Of a stretch of DNA of 64,000 nt, positions 39,101 to 47,814 are shown piece after piece. The position numbers were made by a program, and so were the translations under genes. This stretch comes from a virus. The DNA is taken from the IMG/VR virus record IMGVR_UViG_3300021492_000072, one strand, 5' to 3'. Under the pieces are notes generated by a model. That model did not search any database, was not told the DNA's origin, and saw only the letters and a list, made by a program, of their open reading frames with translations. Within the stretch, counting starts at the first letter, position 1, and every line of letters begins with the position of its first letter.

Positions 39101-42100
39101 GCAGACGAGAACTATTACCGACAAATCTACGTCGCTTACTCTACCAACAAAGGGAAAACCTGGACTATAGAACAAGTGAGTTTCGCAACAGCTAATCAAT
39201 ACAACCCCTCCATTGCTATAGATAGCCAGGACAACATTCACGTAGTCTGGGCAGGTGCAAGCTGGGGTACGTACCCCACAATCCAAAACATTCAGTACAG
39301 GAAAAGAACCTCTTCGGGGTGGCAACCACAAGAGTCAGTCACAGATGTAAATAATGTTCAGTATAGACCCGTTGTTGCTATAGACAGCAATGATAACGTT
39401 CATGTAGTTTGGTATGGCCAAGGCTGGGGGCTGTACTACAACTACTACAACATTCAATACAGAAAGAGAACCTCGGCAGGGTGGCAAGACCGAGAGGCGG
39501 TAACGGATAAAAAAGGACATCAATTCGACCCTGCCATCGCTGTAGACAGTCAAAACAATATTCACGTAGTCTGGTATGGTAAGGGCTGGGGAACAAACTA
39601 TGAACGCTACAACATTCAATACAGAAAGAGAACATCAGATGGATGGCAAACACAAGAGGCTGTGACGAACGAAGAGCACGATCAACAACATCCTTCCATC
39701 GCTGTAGATAGTTGGGATTGTGTTCATGTAGTCTGGTCAGGTCAGGGGTGGAGCGGACCCTACATATTCGACATCCGTTATAGAAAAAGAACTTCGGTCA
39801 GTTGGCTGCCACACGAAGCAGTAACATACACTAAAGGTGAGGATCAGCATCACCCCTCAATCGCGATAGACAAATTTGACAAGATCCACGTAGTATGGCA
39901 CGGTAAGGGTTGGGGAGAAAATACAGACAAGAACAACATTCAATACAGGAGAAAAACTTCTGATGGTTGGCAAGCGCAAATAAGCCTCACAGATTCACCA
40001 TATGATCAATATCATCCAAGTCTTATTTGGGCGCTACATCCAACTATTTCTGAATTAAAGACAAATAGGCCAAAATCTGGCTACGCCTTCATTTGGACAA
40101 GCGGGTCGTCTGTGAAGATCTACAAGAGTAAGGATTTAAGGTGGGAAAGGTTAATGTTAGGAGTATCTACCGGATGGACACGGTGTGGGGCTCTAACCGA
40201 AACACAAAACCAACACCAAGCACATCCTCTAATTTGGGCCTTAAGACAAGTGCTCTTAAACGCCTTCCCTCTACCAAAAATCATCACTCAGTTTTTGAGA
40301 GACGTGATTGCGAAGTATAACACCCCCTCGCGAAGTTATCCTGTAACTCAAATCATTGATGGCACTGTACAACAACTGAAAAACACAATTGTAAAACACA
40401 ACACCCCGTCACACATTTACCACATGAATCAGATCACTGATGGGATCGCACAGCAGTTAAAGAGCCTGATCTCTAGTGATCCAATACGAAGAAGCCAATT
40501 CCTACGTAACGTTTTGACTACATTTACGTTGACTACCGAGCATCATCTACGAACAGCAGTTGGTGGTGCACCAAGTGATATAATAGGTTTTGGTGATGGA
40601 ACAAGTACGACGTTCACCGGCAACCTAACTTACACACCACATGTATCCTCTGTTGTTATCCACTACACTATTAATGGTGCTTCATACGAAGGTGTTGCCG
40701 ATGAAGACGGGAACATAACAGGTACCTACATAGCCAGTGGGACCATCGATCCTAATGGTCATCTAACGCTTACGTTTACTATCGCACCAGATTCAGGTTC
40801 ATCGATCTTAGCTTCATATACCCGTAGAATGGTTGATTGGTCTCTAAAGGTTGATGGGGTTGATTTCAGCACAGTTGTAAGCGAAGTTCACGTTAGCCAA
40901 AGAGAGAGCGAAAAGATCAATCACATTGAGGTCACCGTAAAAGACCCTAGTAAGTTCACAATGTGTGACCCCGCCCATAATTGGGGTACAGAAAGGATTC
41001 AATTAACTGTTGGTGACACTACCTACTCTTTTCTTCTTGAGTCACGCGAAGGTTCAGAAGTAGAGTTCACAATTTGGGGAAGGGCTAAAGCAGCACTCTT
41101 AACAGAACCCTTCGCGGAGAAGGTTGATAAAGAGTGGTCAGACCTGAACGCGTCATCTATAGCATCAGAATTAGCTGGCAGTGTACCTCTAGACTGGGAG
41201 GCGGTGGATTACTATATCCCGTACGGTAGTTTTGAAGGTTACCCCTTAGACATAATAGGAAGGTTAGCTGAAACGGTAGGTGCTGTCGTCCGTACCAGAC
41301 CAGATGGGAGCTTAGTAGTCAGACCAAAATTCACTGTTCGCCCGAAAGACTTGTCAGAAGTAACGGAAACGCGTCGTTACGACCGGTATACCAACCTAGT
41401 TTCATTGGGCTACAGTGAAGAACTTCCTACTTGTAATGCTGTGGTTGTAAAAGGTGAGCCTACAGGTCACGAAGTTTCTTTTACACTGGAGATGGATGAC
41501 GGTGAACCATGCTACGAAGCTGGTGTTGATAGTGCATATATTCGTGTGTACTCGAACCCAGTTGGTTTTCCATATGAGGTCGTTTCAACAGGGACTGTAA
41601 CAAAAGTGCACGGTGCGAAAACGGAAGAGGTGGAGGAGACGATAACTATCACGAACGAGAGCGGTTCCCTTAAACATCCAGTTTACAAGGACTTCTCTTA
41701 TACTTGGGCAGGTAAGTGCCAGGGAAACGTGATACGAACTGGGAAAACGCTTCATATTTCGGGCTGCAAATGTGGTGTGCTTCGTGTGAAATACACAACA
41801 AAGTATGATGTCTATAAAGTGTCGTGTGGAAAACTCGCACCCGATGAAAAAGAACGCCCCGTCCTAGTATGCGTTGTTGTCCCTGAAGAAGCCGCTGCTG
41901 TCTCAGTGAAGGTAGTTATGGGTAAGGGTGATAAGGAGTGTGATCCTATAGACGATGATCTAATAGCAACGGACTCTGTTGCTGTAACTCGTGGGAAGTC
42001 ATTTTTGGATGATAACTACTACCTTAAGAGAAAGTTCACTTTCCGGGTCCCGTATGAGGGTGCTGTCGATGGTGAAGTTGCTGACCTGGAAGACGATGTG

Positions 42101-42226
42101 CACAACTTGTACGGGCGCGGCTTGATACGGCAGGCTAATATTGTGATAAATCTTAGTGGAAGTACACGTAAAATTTGGCAAGATTTGGAGGTTGTTTGCT
42201 TTGAAAATCCGCCTTCTCGAGACTAG
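33158..42226 (+). CDS. 3022-aa tail protein: five beta-propeller modules plus hub-like C-terminus
   Basis: Asp-box YSTxDGxTW and PSIAIDS..IHVVW repeats; C-terminal baseplate-hub-like region. Confidence 0.8.
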   Translation: MTTSQSITEGRNAFKFTPTKWLRIEASKKEAPEAKILVGKKDYVKVRYLGSVSTTPTQEEGRLRWCGEDEEVHLYHLGHKKHQGKRQLHPVEEWSYEQEVILKKKPLNSTLTFEVEAKGLEYRKEGDKYVFYRKIRLPASEEEICEDIFYLNPIVVRDSQGKETKPKVELKDGILTIKINKNFLNKAVYPISVDPSYTVKTGASYASTQTNNQRKLARTSDGTLWCVYHRSDGSYNQVYASYSTNDGETWTEEQVTNVSGNQYYPSIAIDSNDNIHVVWRGYGWGSNTNRNNVRYRKRTSSGWQTHEAVTDISYHQYDPAIAIDSQDNIHVVWCGGGWGTNTSYNNIQYRKRTSSGWQTQESVTDTNNNQSRPAIAIDSNDNVHVVWQGKGWGTNTANDDIQYRKRTSSGWQTQEDVTDRTDYQQSPSIAIDSNDDIHVVWYGYGWGTNTSYYNIRYRKRTSSGWQSHEAVTDKDNNQYDPTIAIDKNDNIHVVWHGQGWGSNPSYYNIQYRKRTSSGWQTQEGLTDVSAYQYSPNCIWALHPTVSGEKPNRTKTGYAFVWVDGSTIKFYKSDDLAWDAPPKAYLTVDSLLEKSNLNTTFSIDTITWPGYSYTIRSNIESTADNGQRALARTSDGTLWCAYCRSDGSYNQVYAAYSTDGGVSWAEEQITNASGNQYNPAIAIDSNDNVHVVWTGQGWGSNTGYKNIQYRKRTSSGWQTQEALTDKDADQVSPSIAIDSDNDVHIVWYGKGWGDNPSYYNIQYRKRTLTTWETQEAITDVAHHQQGPSIAIDSNDNIHVVWYGAGWGSNPAYDDIQYRKKTLLGWQSQESVTDVDGENQTEPCIAIDGNDDVHVVWRGTGWGTYTGYVNIQYRKRTSSGWQPQEAVTDKDDDQYAPSIAVDSDGNVHVVWSGKGWGTNVSVVNVQHRKRTFVGWQNPESVTDVSTPTQECPNLIWALHPTVSGAKTNRAKRGFALVWRDGSTFKIYKSNDLDWETPPATCTIDSLLKKLGVTSSFGIDTYIGTPLLESISIDSIIQKLRSAYSTVDALLKSLFIVKESVPTNSTAYNNQRKLARTSDGILWCVYLRWDGSYYQVYAAYSTDDGETWTEEQVTNASNNQYCPSIAIDSNDDIHVVWSGYGWGTNTNYRNIQYRKRTSSGWQTQESVTDKNRNQWYPSIAIDSNDNVHVVWEGKGWGTNTEYDNIQYRKRTSSGWQPQESVTDKDRNQPHPTIAIDSQDNIHVVWSGQGWGTNNNYDNVQYRKRTSSGWQTQEAVTDKDASQTSPVIAIDSSDNIHVVWAGAGWGTLGYVDIQYRKRTSSGWQDREAVTDAGTDQSNPTIAVDEDDNVYVVWSCNPYKICHRKRTSSGWQTQEELISASTEQEYPSLIWALHPTVSNGKPNRTKAGYAFVWVDGTTLKYYKSSDLDWGSPYIKSYSCTINTFLRKLCQKPFSIDAFIGPPLVRYLFVSALLQKFNLSHSFNIDTLVEIPIYTYTVKTGATSDSTSYNNQRKLARTSNGTLWCVYHRSDGSYLQIYAAYSTDDGESWTEEQITNASNNQYCPSIAIDSNDDIHVVWYGRGWGSNTSKYNIQYRKRTSSGWQTQESVTDKGEDQYYPAIAIDSNDDIHVVWEGTGWGTFSETVNIRYRKRTSSGWQDHEAVTDKSDHQYRPAIAIDSNDNVHVVWEGKGWGTNPDNQNIRHRKRTSEAWMTPDPVTDVSSNQHNPSIAIDSNDDIHVVWYGYGWGTQPSDYNIKYRKKTSLGWQSIESITDKSTSQYYPSIAIDSDDVIHVVWYGLGWGTNTGYYNIIYRKRTPSGWQTPLTITDEPAHQRHPGLIWALHPTISNVKPGRTRKGCALVWVDGTTVKFGKVFLEWEVPFGTSSYTINSLLEKIDQISTFNIDAYVGEVLLESTTIDAILQKALTNSFIIDARIREASVPSITIDAVLVEPSPYYTVAISVPSNSTEFSAQRKLVRASDGTYWCVFCRADENYYRQIYVAYSTNKGKTWTIEQVSFATANQYNPSIAIDSQDNIHVVWAGASWGTYPTIQNIQYRKRTSSGWQPQESVTDVNNVQYRPVVAIDSNDNVHVVWYGQGWGLYYNYYNIQYRKRTSAGWQDREAVTDKKGHQFDPAIAVDSQNNIHVVWYGKGWGTNYERYNIQYRKRTSDGWQTQEAVTNEEHDQQHPSIAVDSWDCVHVVWSGQGWSGPYIFDIRYRKRTSVSWLPHEAVTYTKGEDQHHPSIAIDKFDKIHVVWHGKGWGENTDKNNIQYRRKTSDGWQAQISLTDSPYDQYHPSLIWALHPTISELKTNRPKSGYAFIWTSGSSVKIYKSKDLRWERLMLGVSTGWTRCGALTETQNQHQAHPLIWALRQVLLNAFPLPKIITQFLRDVIAKYNTPSRSYPVTQIIDGTVQQLKNTIVKHNTPSHIYHMNQITDGIAQQLKSLISSDPIRRSQFLRNVLTTFTLTTEHHLRTAVGGAPSDIIGFGDGTSTTFTGNLTYTPHVSSVVIHYTINGASYEGVADEDGNITGTYIASGTIDPNGHLTLTFTIAPDSGSSILASYTRRMVDWSLKVDGVDFSTVVSEVHVSQRESEKINHIEVTVKDPSKFTMCDPAHNWGTERIQLTVGDTTYSFLLESREGSEVEFTIWGRAKAALLTEPFAEKVDKEWSDLNASSIASELAGSVPLDWEAVDYYIPYGSFEGYPLDIIGRLAETVGAVVRTRPDGSLVVRPKFTVRPKDLSEVTETRRYDRYTNLVSLGYSEELPTCNAVVVKGEPTGHEVSFTLEMDDGEPCYEAGVDSAYIRVYSNPVGFPYEVVSTGTVTKVHGAKTEEVEETITITNESGSLKHPVYKDFSYTWAGKCQGNVIRTGKTLHISGCKCGVLRVKYTTKYDVYKVSCGKLAPDEKERPVLVCVVVPEEAAAVSVKVVMGKGDKECDPIDDDLIATDSVAVTRGKSFLDDNYYLKRKFTFRVPYEGAVDGEVADLEDDVHNLYGRGLIRQANIVINLSGSTRKIWQDLEVVCFENPPSRD
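33795..40145 (+). repeat. Nested coding repeats: 25 units of about 57 aa in five modules
   Basis: Recurring ATTGCTATAGATAGT, CATGTAGTTTGG, AAGAGAACCTC. Confidence 0.9.
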
Positions 42227-42431
42227 TGAAGAGCTTAAGACTGGTGTGGTTACAGGCTTCCGCGAAGGTCTGTACATAGTAAAGGTTGGAGCTTCAACCA
42301 TAAGGGCTACATCGAGTCACTCGTTCACAATAGGCGATCGGGTCGTTGTGGGGAGAGCAGGTACACAGTACGTTGTTATTGGGAAGAGAAAAGGAACTCC
42401 TCGAGAGCCAAAAGTAATCAGAGTCGATTAG
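42201..42431 (+). CDS. Small OB-fold-like tail tip protein
   Basis: GVV...Y.VKVG...GDRVVV; TTG start after GGAGG. Confidence 0.5.
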   Translation: MKIRLLETSEELKTGVVTGFREGLYIVKVGASTIRATSSHSFTIGDRVVVGRAGTQYVVIGKRKGTPREPKVIRVD

Positions 42432-42440
42432 GAGCTGTAA

Positions 42441-42941
42441 ATGGCAGAAGTCACAAAAAGTAGCATCACTGTAACGTTCAAGGCATTGTGCGTTGCTGAG
42501 CCGGGCCATGGAATCACGGCCGAATTGGACGCTGAGCGTAACGAAGGGAAAAGCTGCTTCACATATGGGGAAAAAGTATACTTCAGAGTTTATACGTACC
42601 CACAAGATATGCGGATCACACTGACACCGAGTGACGGATCGATCAATGCAGAAGGAAGTAGTACAGAGACTATCGAAGATGAGATACTAACGTTTGCTGA
42701 CACAAAAGAGGCCTCAACACATCGATACATTAAAGCCATTACCTCGTATGACTGGTTTGGAACGAGCTTGGGTCAGATTACTTGTATTGGGGGTTCCACA
42801 ATTGTGGCCGCTAAAGAAGGTTGTGCGGTACTACAACTAACATACACGAGCTTTTATCGCGTCTATAGCATAACCGTACCTCCCAGAGACTATGAGACCT
42901 ACTTGGTTCTCATCCTCATTAAGGAAGTAGAGGAGGAGTAA
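42441..42941 (+). CDS. Tail tip protein
   Basis: Paralogous to the next gene and to the C-terminus of the giant protein. Confidence 0.6.
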   Translation: MAEVTKSSITVTFKALCVAEPGHGITAELDAERNEGKSCFTYGEKVYFRVYTYPQDMRITLTPSDGSINAEGSSTETIEDEILTFADTKEASTHRYIKAITSYDWFGTSLGQITCIGGSTIVAAKEGCAVLQLTYTSFYRVYSITVPPRDYETYLVLILIKEVEEE

Positions 42942-43666
42942 TGCCCGCAACGAGTCAACTCCAAGTTGGGATCTCGAAGACCTGTATAGGGGCTGAAGTA
43001 AAAGCCTTTACGCTCGAGTTAGACTCGGAAAAAAACAGAGGCCAATCCACGTTCCCACCCGGTGAATTTGCTTATGTCCGATGCTTCCCTGCGCTACTCA
43101 AACCGGAGTTGAGAGTAAGTATGGGCACCGCGAGACTTGAAGCGGAAGGCTTACCACTATCACTAGAAGACGAAATCACTTTTGCGCGCAGTAAAAGCGC
43201 TAATCTACGGTACCCTTATCACTCCAATTTTGAGTGGGAGTGGGTGGGGCGAGAAGGTCCCCCACCGAAAGTGACTGGAGAAGGTACGATCTTATTAAGC
43301 GAGGAATTTTCGGGGATCCTTAAAATTAAGTACCAAACTATGTATGACCGAATCGAAGTGCATTGCACAGAAGAAGCGTCGGTGCTCTTAGAAGCTATAA
43401 AAGAAGATAGGTATGGCCACATCACTTTAAAGTGGAAGCCAGAAACTCGCGAAGTGTACCTAACTGTACGAGACGCCTGTACCCGAACAATAATCCCAAG
43501 CGTTTATGTGTGGGTTGATGGTAAGTATGTAGGAACGACGGATCTACAAGGAAGGATTTATTTAGGGAAGCTGAAGGTTGGAACACATTCGCTAAAAATG
43601 TCGAAGCACGGTTACCAAGATAGTGACTCAGACACAATCGCGAATGATTCTTTTACTGTGTCATGA
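42941..43666 (+). CDS. Tail tip protein with PEGA-like C-terminus
   Basis: VWVDGKYVGTT...L..G.H.LKMSK.GY. Confidence 0.65.
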   Translation: MPATSQLQVGISKTCIGAEVKAFTLELDSEKNRGQSTFPPGEFAYVRCFPALLKPELRVSMGTARLEAEGLPLSLEDEITFARSKSANLRYPYHSNFEWEWVGREGPPPKVTGEGTILLSEEFSGILKIKYQTMYDRIEVHCTEEASVLLEAIKEDRYGHITLKWKPETREVYLTVRDACTRTIIPSVYVWVDGKYVGTTDLQGRIYLGKLKVGTHSLKMSKHGYQDSDSDTIANDSFTVS

Positions 43667-45279
43667 CGCAAGAATTAATTGCATATTTATGCCCGCACCC
43701 CTGGAGACCACGTGGGTTATGTAACCCCACAAACTACAGGGCTTCTACGTCCTCTAGGACAGAAGGTGATAAAGCTGAAGTTGAAACCTTTCTATGTCCT
43801 AAAGGTTTCGAGTGCGATCGTGCTGAAATAAAAGCGTACTTATTACCAGAAGGTAGGAGCGCGATCGACTGCTTACTCTGTATCCCTACGTGTACCGAAT
43901 CGGACGTTGAACCCGCCCCAGAAATTGCAAACGAAGATTTCTGTAAAAAAATGCTAGATTTACATAATGAAGCTAGAGCGACCCACCCCGATGAATGTCC
44001 TCCTTATAAGTGTAAGCAGCTGGAGTTGGACAAAGATTTATGTGAAATAGCGTTCTGGCACGCAGGTGATATGATCGTAAACGATTACTTCGACCACACC
44101 GATAGCTTAGGGCGGACACACAGTGTAAGACTAGCAAGGTTTGGATATAGAGCCTTGCAAACAGGTGAAAACATTGCTGCCCATACGTACGTCAACGAGT
44201 CTAAGGGTTGCTCCAATGTTGCTGAAGATTTTATGAACGAGTGGATGGCGAGCCCAGGGCATAGAGGTAACATCATGCGATCTGAGTTCAATAGAGTAGG
44301 TTTTGGGTTGGCCTATAGAATGTGGACTGATAATACGGGTAATATATACAAAAAATATGTAGCTGTTGCGATCTTCGCGCAAGCGACGGGTGATTTTGAA
44401 AGCGGGATCTTACCTAAACCGGAGTTGCCGTGTACTGGTGAGTGTGTTGAAAAGATCGAGTGGTACCAAGACTTTGTTGTCAGGAAAGCCTGGGTGGGGG
44501 ACGAGTATGTTGAGTACAAAGTACCTAAACCAGTGATAATTACTAAAGTGAAGATTCCACAAATTTGTGCTCTTTACAAAATACGTTTCCAGTTCGAGTT
44601 GAGTCAGTGTTATGTTGAGTACTACTTAGACCAAAAAGAAGGTCCTATCCCAAGTGATAACAGGCTAGAGTTTGCATGGAACAATAAAGAAGCGATAGGT
44701 GCCTCGTACATAGATGACCATGTGTGGACGATACATTGGAACTTTGATGAGAGTCAACACTGCTTTTACCCAGGGAGTTATATGGTAGTCTATGGGTGGC
44801 TGAAAGGATATGAAGATGAATGTAATCCCTTCGTGATAGGATTCGGCTGGTTCGAGACGTACTGCTGGACAAGTGGTACAATACAAGGATGTGGTTTGCT
44901 AGAGAGAGGTTACCTAATAGAGGGTGGAATGGGAGTGCCGATGAAGGAGAAGTGGATAGGGGATCGCCGCCTACACTGGCTGGTAAACTTCAAAGGTAAA
45001 CTGTATTGGGTAAAGTGTAGTGATTTCTACAAGTACAGCATAGGTGAAAGATGTGTAATCCTGAAAGGCGGTACTAGCAAAGCCCAAAACCAGAATGGGA
45101 GACTCGTGTTGGAACCAGCGTGCCGTGGACCGGTCCCATGGATCTTATTAAGTAAAGACTTCCCTTTCGTTCTTGAGAAGGGGGGTGAAAAATTCTTCGA
45201 CCCAATAAGTGACAGTAATGTGGCTTATTCGTTAGACTGTGAGTCAGATTTAATAGTCCCAATAAAGTTTTGGTGGTAG
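43663..45279 (+). CDS. CAP/SCP-domain protein
   Basis: HNEAR, A..HA.DM...YFDH, GENIA, WM.SPGHR.NI, VGFG. Confidence 0.85.
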   Translation: MTQELIAYLCPHPWRPRGLCNPTNYRASTSSRTEGDKAEVETFLCPKGFECDRAEIKAYLLPEGRSAIDCLLCIPTCTESDVEPAPEIANEDFCKKMLDLHNEARATHPDECPPYKCKQLELDKDLCEIAFWHAGDMIVNDYFDHTDSLGRTHSVRLARFGYRALQTGENIAAHTYVNESKGCSNVAEDFMNEWMASPGHRGNIMRSEFNRVGFGLAYRMWTDNTGNIYKKYVAVAIFAQATGDFESGILPKPELPCTGECVEKIEWYQDFVVRKAWVGDEYVEYKVPKPVIITKVKIPQICALYKIRFQFELSQCYVEYYLDQKEGPIPSDNRLEFAWNNKEAIGASYIDDHVWTIHWNFDESQHCFYPGSYMVVYGWLKGYEDECNPFVIGFGWFETYCWTSGTIQGCGLLERGYLIEGGMGVPMKEKWIGDRRLHWLVNFKGKLYWVKCSDFYKYSIGERCVILKGGTSKAQNQNGRLVLEPACRGPVPWILLSKDFPFVLEKGGEKFFDPISDSNVAYSLDCESDLIVPIKFWW

Positions 45280-45280
45280 G

Positions 45281-46972
45281 GTGGCTAAGTATAACATAAC
45301 AAACGCGGATGCTGTAGTTGGCAGGTTCCATAAGTGGGCTAGAATTCTAAAGCTAAATGAACGTACAAACAGAGCAACGGTAGAAATTTTAGGCGAAGGC
45401 CACATACCAACAGGTGAGGTCCTTGATGGTGTCGCGTTCCATTACCACTGTACACCAACCTCAATCGAAGTAAGAGGATCATCAGAAAACGCGGCCCTCG
45501 CATTTAATGTTGGTGATGTAGTCATATTACGCTACGACGAGGAGGTTCCCAGAATAGTCGCGAGAAAGTTCGGGATCGCTGAATTTGGTGACCCAGACCC
45601 GAGCCAAGATTATTACTCACAAATGGAGTTAGACCGAAGTGGGACGGCAACAAAATGTGAGAAACCAATTTTCATTACAGGATGTCAAAGGTTCGTATCG
45701 TACGACATTTGTACCGGTGAGTTAAAAGAGATGGAAGGAGGAAAGGAGCTACTACCACCCCTACTACTTCACGCGGCTACTATGTATAAAGGTTTAATGT
45801 ATATATTCGGTGGTTACACATACTACCACAATATACCCACCTTTTCATTCGTTTATGACCCTCAAATAGACACTGGTAACTTGTTCATGAACTGGGATGG
45901 GGCCGTACATAGCCACACAACAGTTGTATGGAGAGATAGTCTATATTTGTTGGGTGGTGCAGAGACAACAATAAAGTGGGTCCTTGCCGAGCCACATGGT
46001 GAGCCATACCTCAGACGCCTTAAAATGGATAACGAAGCAACAGAAGGTCTTATAAGCCCAAAACATTGGTTCGAGGGCAACTTTCAATATGACTATATAA
46101 TCGTCCCAAAAACCTTAACCGCTAAGTTTGTCGAAAGCGATCAGCCACGAATACTGTGGGATACAGGAGAGCACCCGCGAAGCAAGTTTTTATACTACGA
46201 CCCAGAAAGGGGCGTGTTCTATTTCTTTGTTTGGTCTGACTTGATCACCAATGGTGACATTAGAGATGGTGAAGGAATTGTGTATTGTGATCCCAACTCA
46301 GCTCCTTCTGACTACCGGATCCGAATCCGACACTACAGCCCATGTGAACCCATGAACGCTGAAGTAAAATTCAACTATGCGTCGTGGGAAGTTGGGACAC
46401 CAAACGCACCTTGTGGACTTGCAGGACACGCAGCCGTTGTGATTGGAGACGAAATGTATGTATATGGAGGACATCACCGTAACACTGCGATGAACTATCC
46501 ACCATACAACGTCAGTAGCCTACTCAAATTTAACTTCCTCACCAACACATGGACCCAGCTACAAGACTGCCCTTATCACCAGCACCTGACGCACCGTTAT
46601 GAATGTTGGTATCCTGTAGGAGTAACTGATGGTGAAAGACTGTACATCTACGGCGGATATATTGGGCAAAATGAAGACAATAAACCTATCGTGAGCAACA
46701 AACTTGTTATGTATGACAGGACTTGGCATCTTATCAGCTACGGACCCAGAGGTCTCATGGGTGCTGCTGGCGTTTTATATAACAAGAAAATCTACATCTT
46801 TGGAGGGCTCTATTACAAAGAAGGTGCGTTGTCACCAGGTACTGAACTCCCGTGCCTTTGGTACAGCAGAATGATGTACATCTACGACCTGGAGACTGGG
46901 AGCTGGCAAAGTTACGATTTCCCTTATGATATGCAATTTTGTGCAGCGGCTGTGCGACCTGAAGAATGCTAA
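45281..46972 (+). CDS. Kelch-repeat protein
   Basis: Repeated H.A....MY[IV][FY]GG ... YD ... W. Confidence 0.8.
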   Translation: MAKYNITNADAVVGRFHKWARILKLNERTNRATVEILGEGHIPTGEVLDGVAFHYHCTPTSIEVRGSSENAALAFNVGDVVILRYDEEVPRIVARKFGIAEFGDPDPSQDYYSQMELDRSGTATKCEKPIFITGCQRFVSYDICTGELKEMEGGKELLPPLLLHAATMYKGLMYIFGGYTYYHNIPTFSFVYDPQIDTGNLFMNWDGAVHSHTTVVWRDSLYLLGGAETTIKWVLAEPHGEPYLRRLKMDNEATEGLISPKHWFEGNFQYDYIIVPKTLTAKFVESDQPRILWDTGEHPRSKFLYYDPERGVFYFFVWSDLITNGDIRDGEGIVYCDPNSAPSDYRIRIRHYSPCEPMNAEVKFNYASWEVGTPNAPCGLAGHAAVVIGDEMYVYGGHHRNTAMNYPPYNVSSLLKFNFLTNTWTQLQDCPYHQHLTHRYECWYPVGVTDGERLYIYGGYIGQNEDNKPIVSNKLVMYDRTWHLISYGPRGLMGAAGVLYNKKIYIFGGLYYKEGALSPGTELPCLWYSRMMYIYDLETGSWQSYDFPYDMQFCAAAVRPEEC

Positions 46973-47431
46973 CTACTTACAAAACACCGCAAGAAAGGAG
47001 CGGTCTCTAGTCTCACTGTGACATAAATAAATGTTGGCACCACGAAGTTTGAAGTCTTCAGGTGTCCAAAGTAAGACGCCCCTCCCATACCACTCCAAAA
47101 GGGATAATATGATCACTAAGCGGCGTGCTTTCGCTCGAATCATTTCAAGTACAGTAGTACCAGTTTGTTTATCGTACTCCCAGCTATGATGGAAGATTAC
47201 ATCATACTTTGACTTAAAAACTTGTCTCAAGATGTCGCCGTCATAAATGGTGTTATAGAGGCGTGCGTAATCGATTGAATAGGGTGTAACACAATCAAGG
47301 TGTATGTTAGGGAAGTAGGTACGGATACAGTACCCAATAAGTGCATTTTCGTTGTGTACCTCCAAAACGGATTTAGGAGGATTCTTCGTTAAAAGCGTAA
47401 TCAAGGTAGTCAGAACTTGTGGGTTAATCAT
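46973..47431 (-). CDS. Degenerate SAM methyltransferase-like protein
   Basis: P.SVLEV, Y..IY.GD, YDVI, W.PE; aligns by eye with 60397-60963 but lacks GxGxG. Confidence 0.5.
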   Translation of the reverse strand: MINPQVLTTLITLLTKNPPKSVLEVHNENALIGYCIRTYFPNIHLDCVTPYSIDYARLYNTIYDGDILRQVFKSKYDVIFHHSWEYDKQTGTTVLEMIRAKARRLVIILSLLEWYGRGVLLWTPEDFKLRGANIYLCHSETRDRSFLAVFCK

Positions 47432-47715
47432 CTCCGACTACACTCTAAACTCTCCTTTATTAGCCGCTTTGGTAACGTTAAATCCAAACTATCTCTCATG
47501 TGATGGCAGAAACCAATCTCAAACAGCTTTTCCACAATAAGTTTATGACGTTTCGCGACTAATTCTTTAGTCACCTTCTCCCCTGACTTCAGTTTCATTC
47601 TTCTGCCTTTCTTTAACATAGACCACCACGCATGACAAATCCTATGATCGTCAAGTAACTGCTTTTTCCGTAAGACAGACAGCTTCTTCAGCTTTAAAAG
47701 CTTTGAGAGCGGCAT
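47428..47715 (-). CDS. Basic His-containing hypothetical protein
   Basis: DDHRICH, HKLIVE...GFCH. Confidence 0.55.
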   Translation of the reverse strand: MPLSKLLKLKKLSVLRKKQLLDDHRICHAWWSMLKKGRRMKLKSGEKVTKELVAKRHKLIVEKLFEIGFCHHMRDSLDLTLPKRLIKESLECSRR

Positions 47716-47722
47716 CCCTTAC

Positions 47723-47751
47723 ATAATACCTACTAGTTCACTCGGCGTCAA
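47723..47751 (-). promoter_or_regulatory. Sigma70-like promoter
   Basis: TTGACG-17nt-TATTAT. Confidence 0.6.
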
Positions 47752-47814
47752 GTAACCCTCTGCAGCTTGAAATAGTTTCAGCAAAACGTTATGGAGCAAT
47801 TAAGGGGGGTGAAA

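Noticed and set aside
33795-40145. Diversity-generating retroelement or CRISPR-like array
   Set aside because: The repeats are in-frame coding blades. I saw no reverse transcriptase, no non-coding template repeat and no constant-repeat/unique-spacer structure.
47428-47715. Pyrimidine-dimer glycosylase-like call
   Set aside because: Only a faint H..IVE....G..H resemblance; insufficient.
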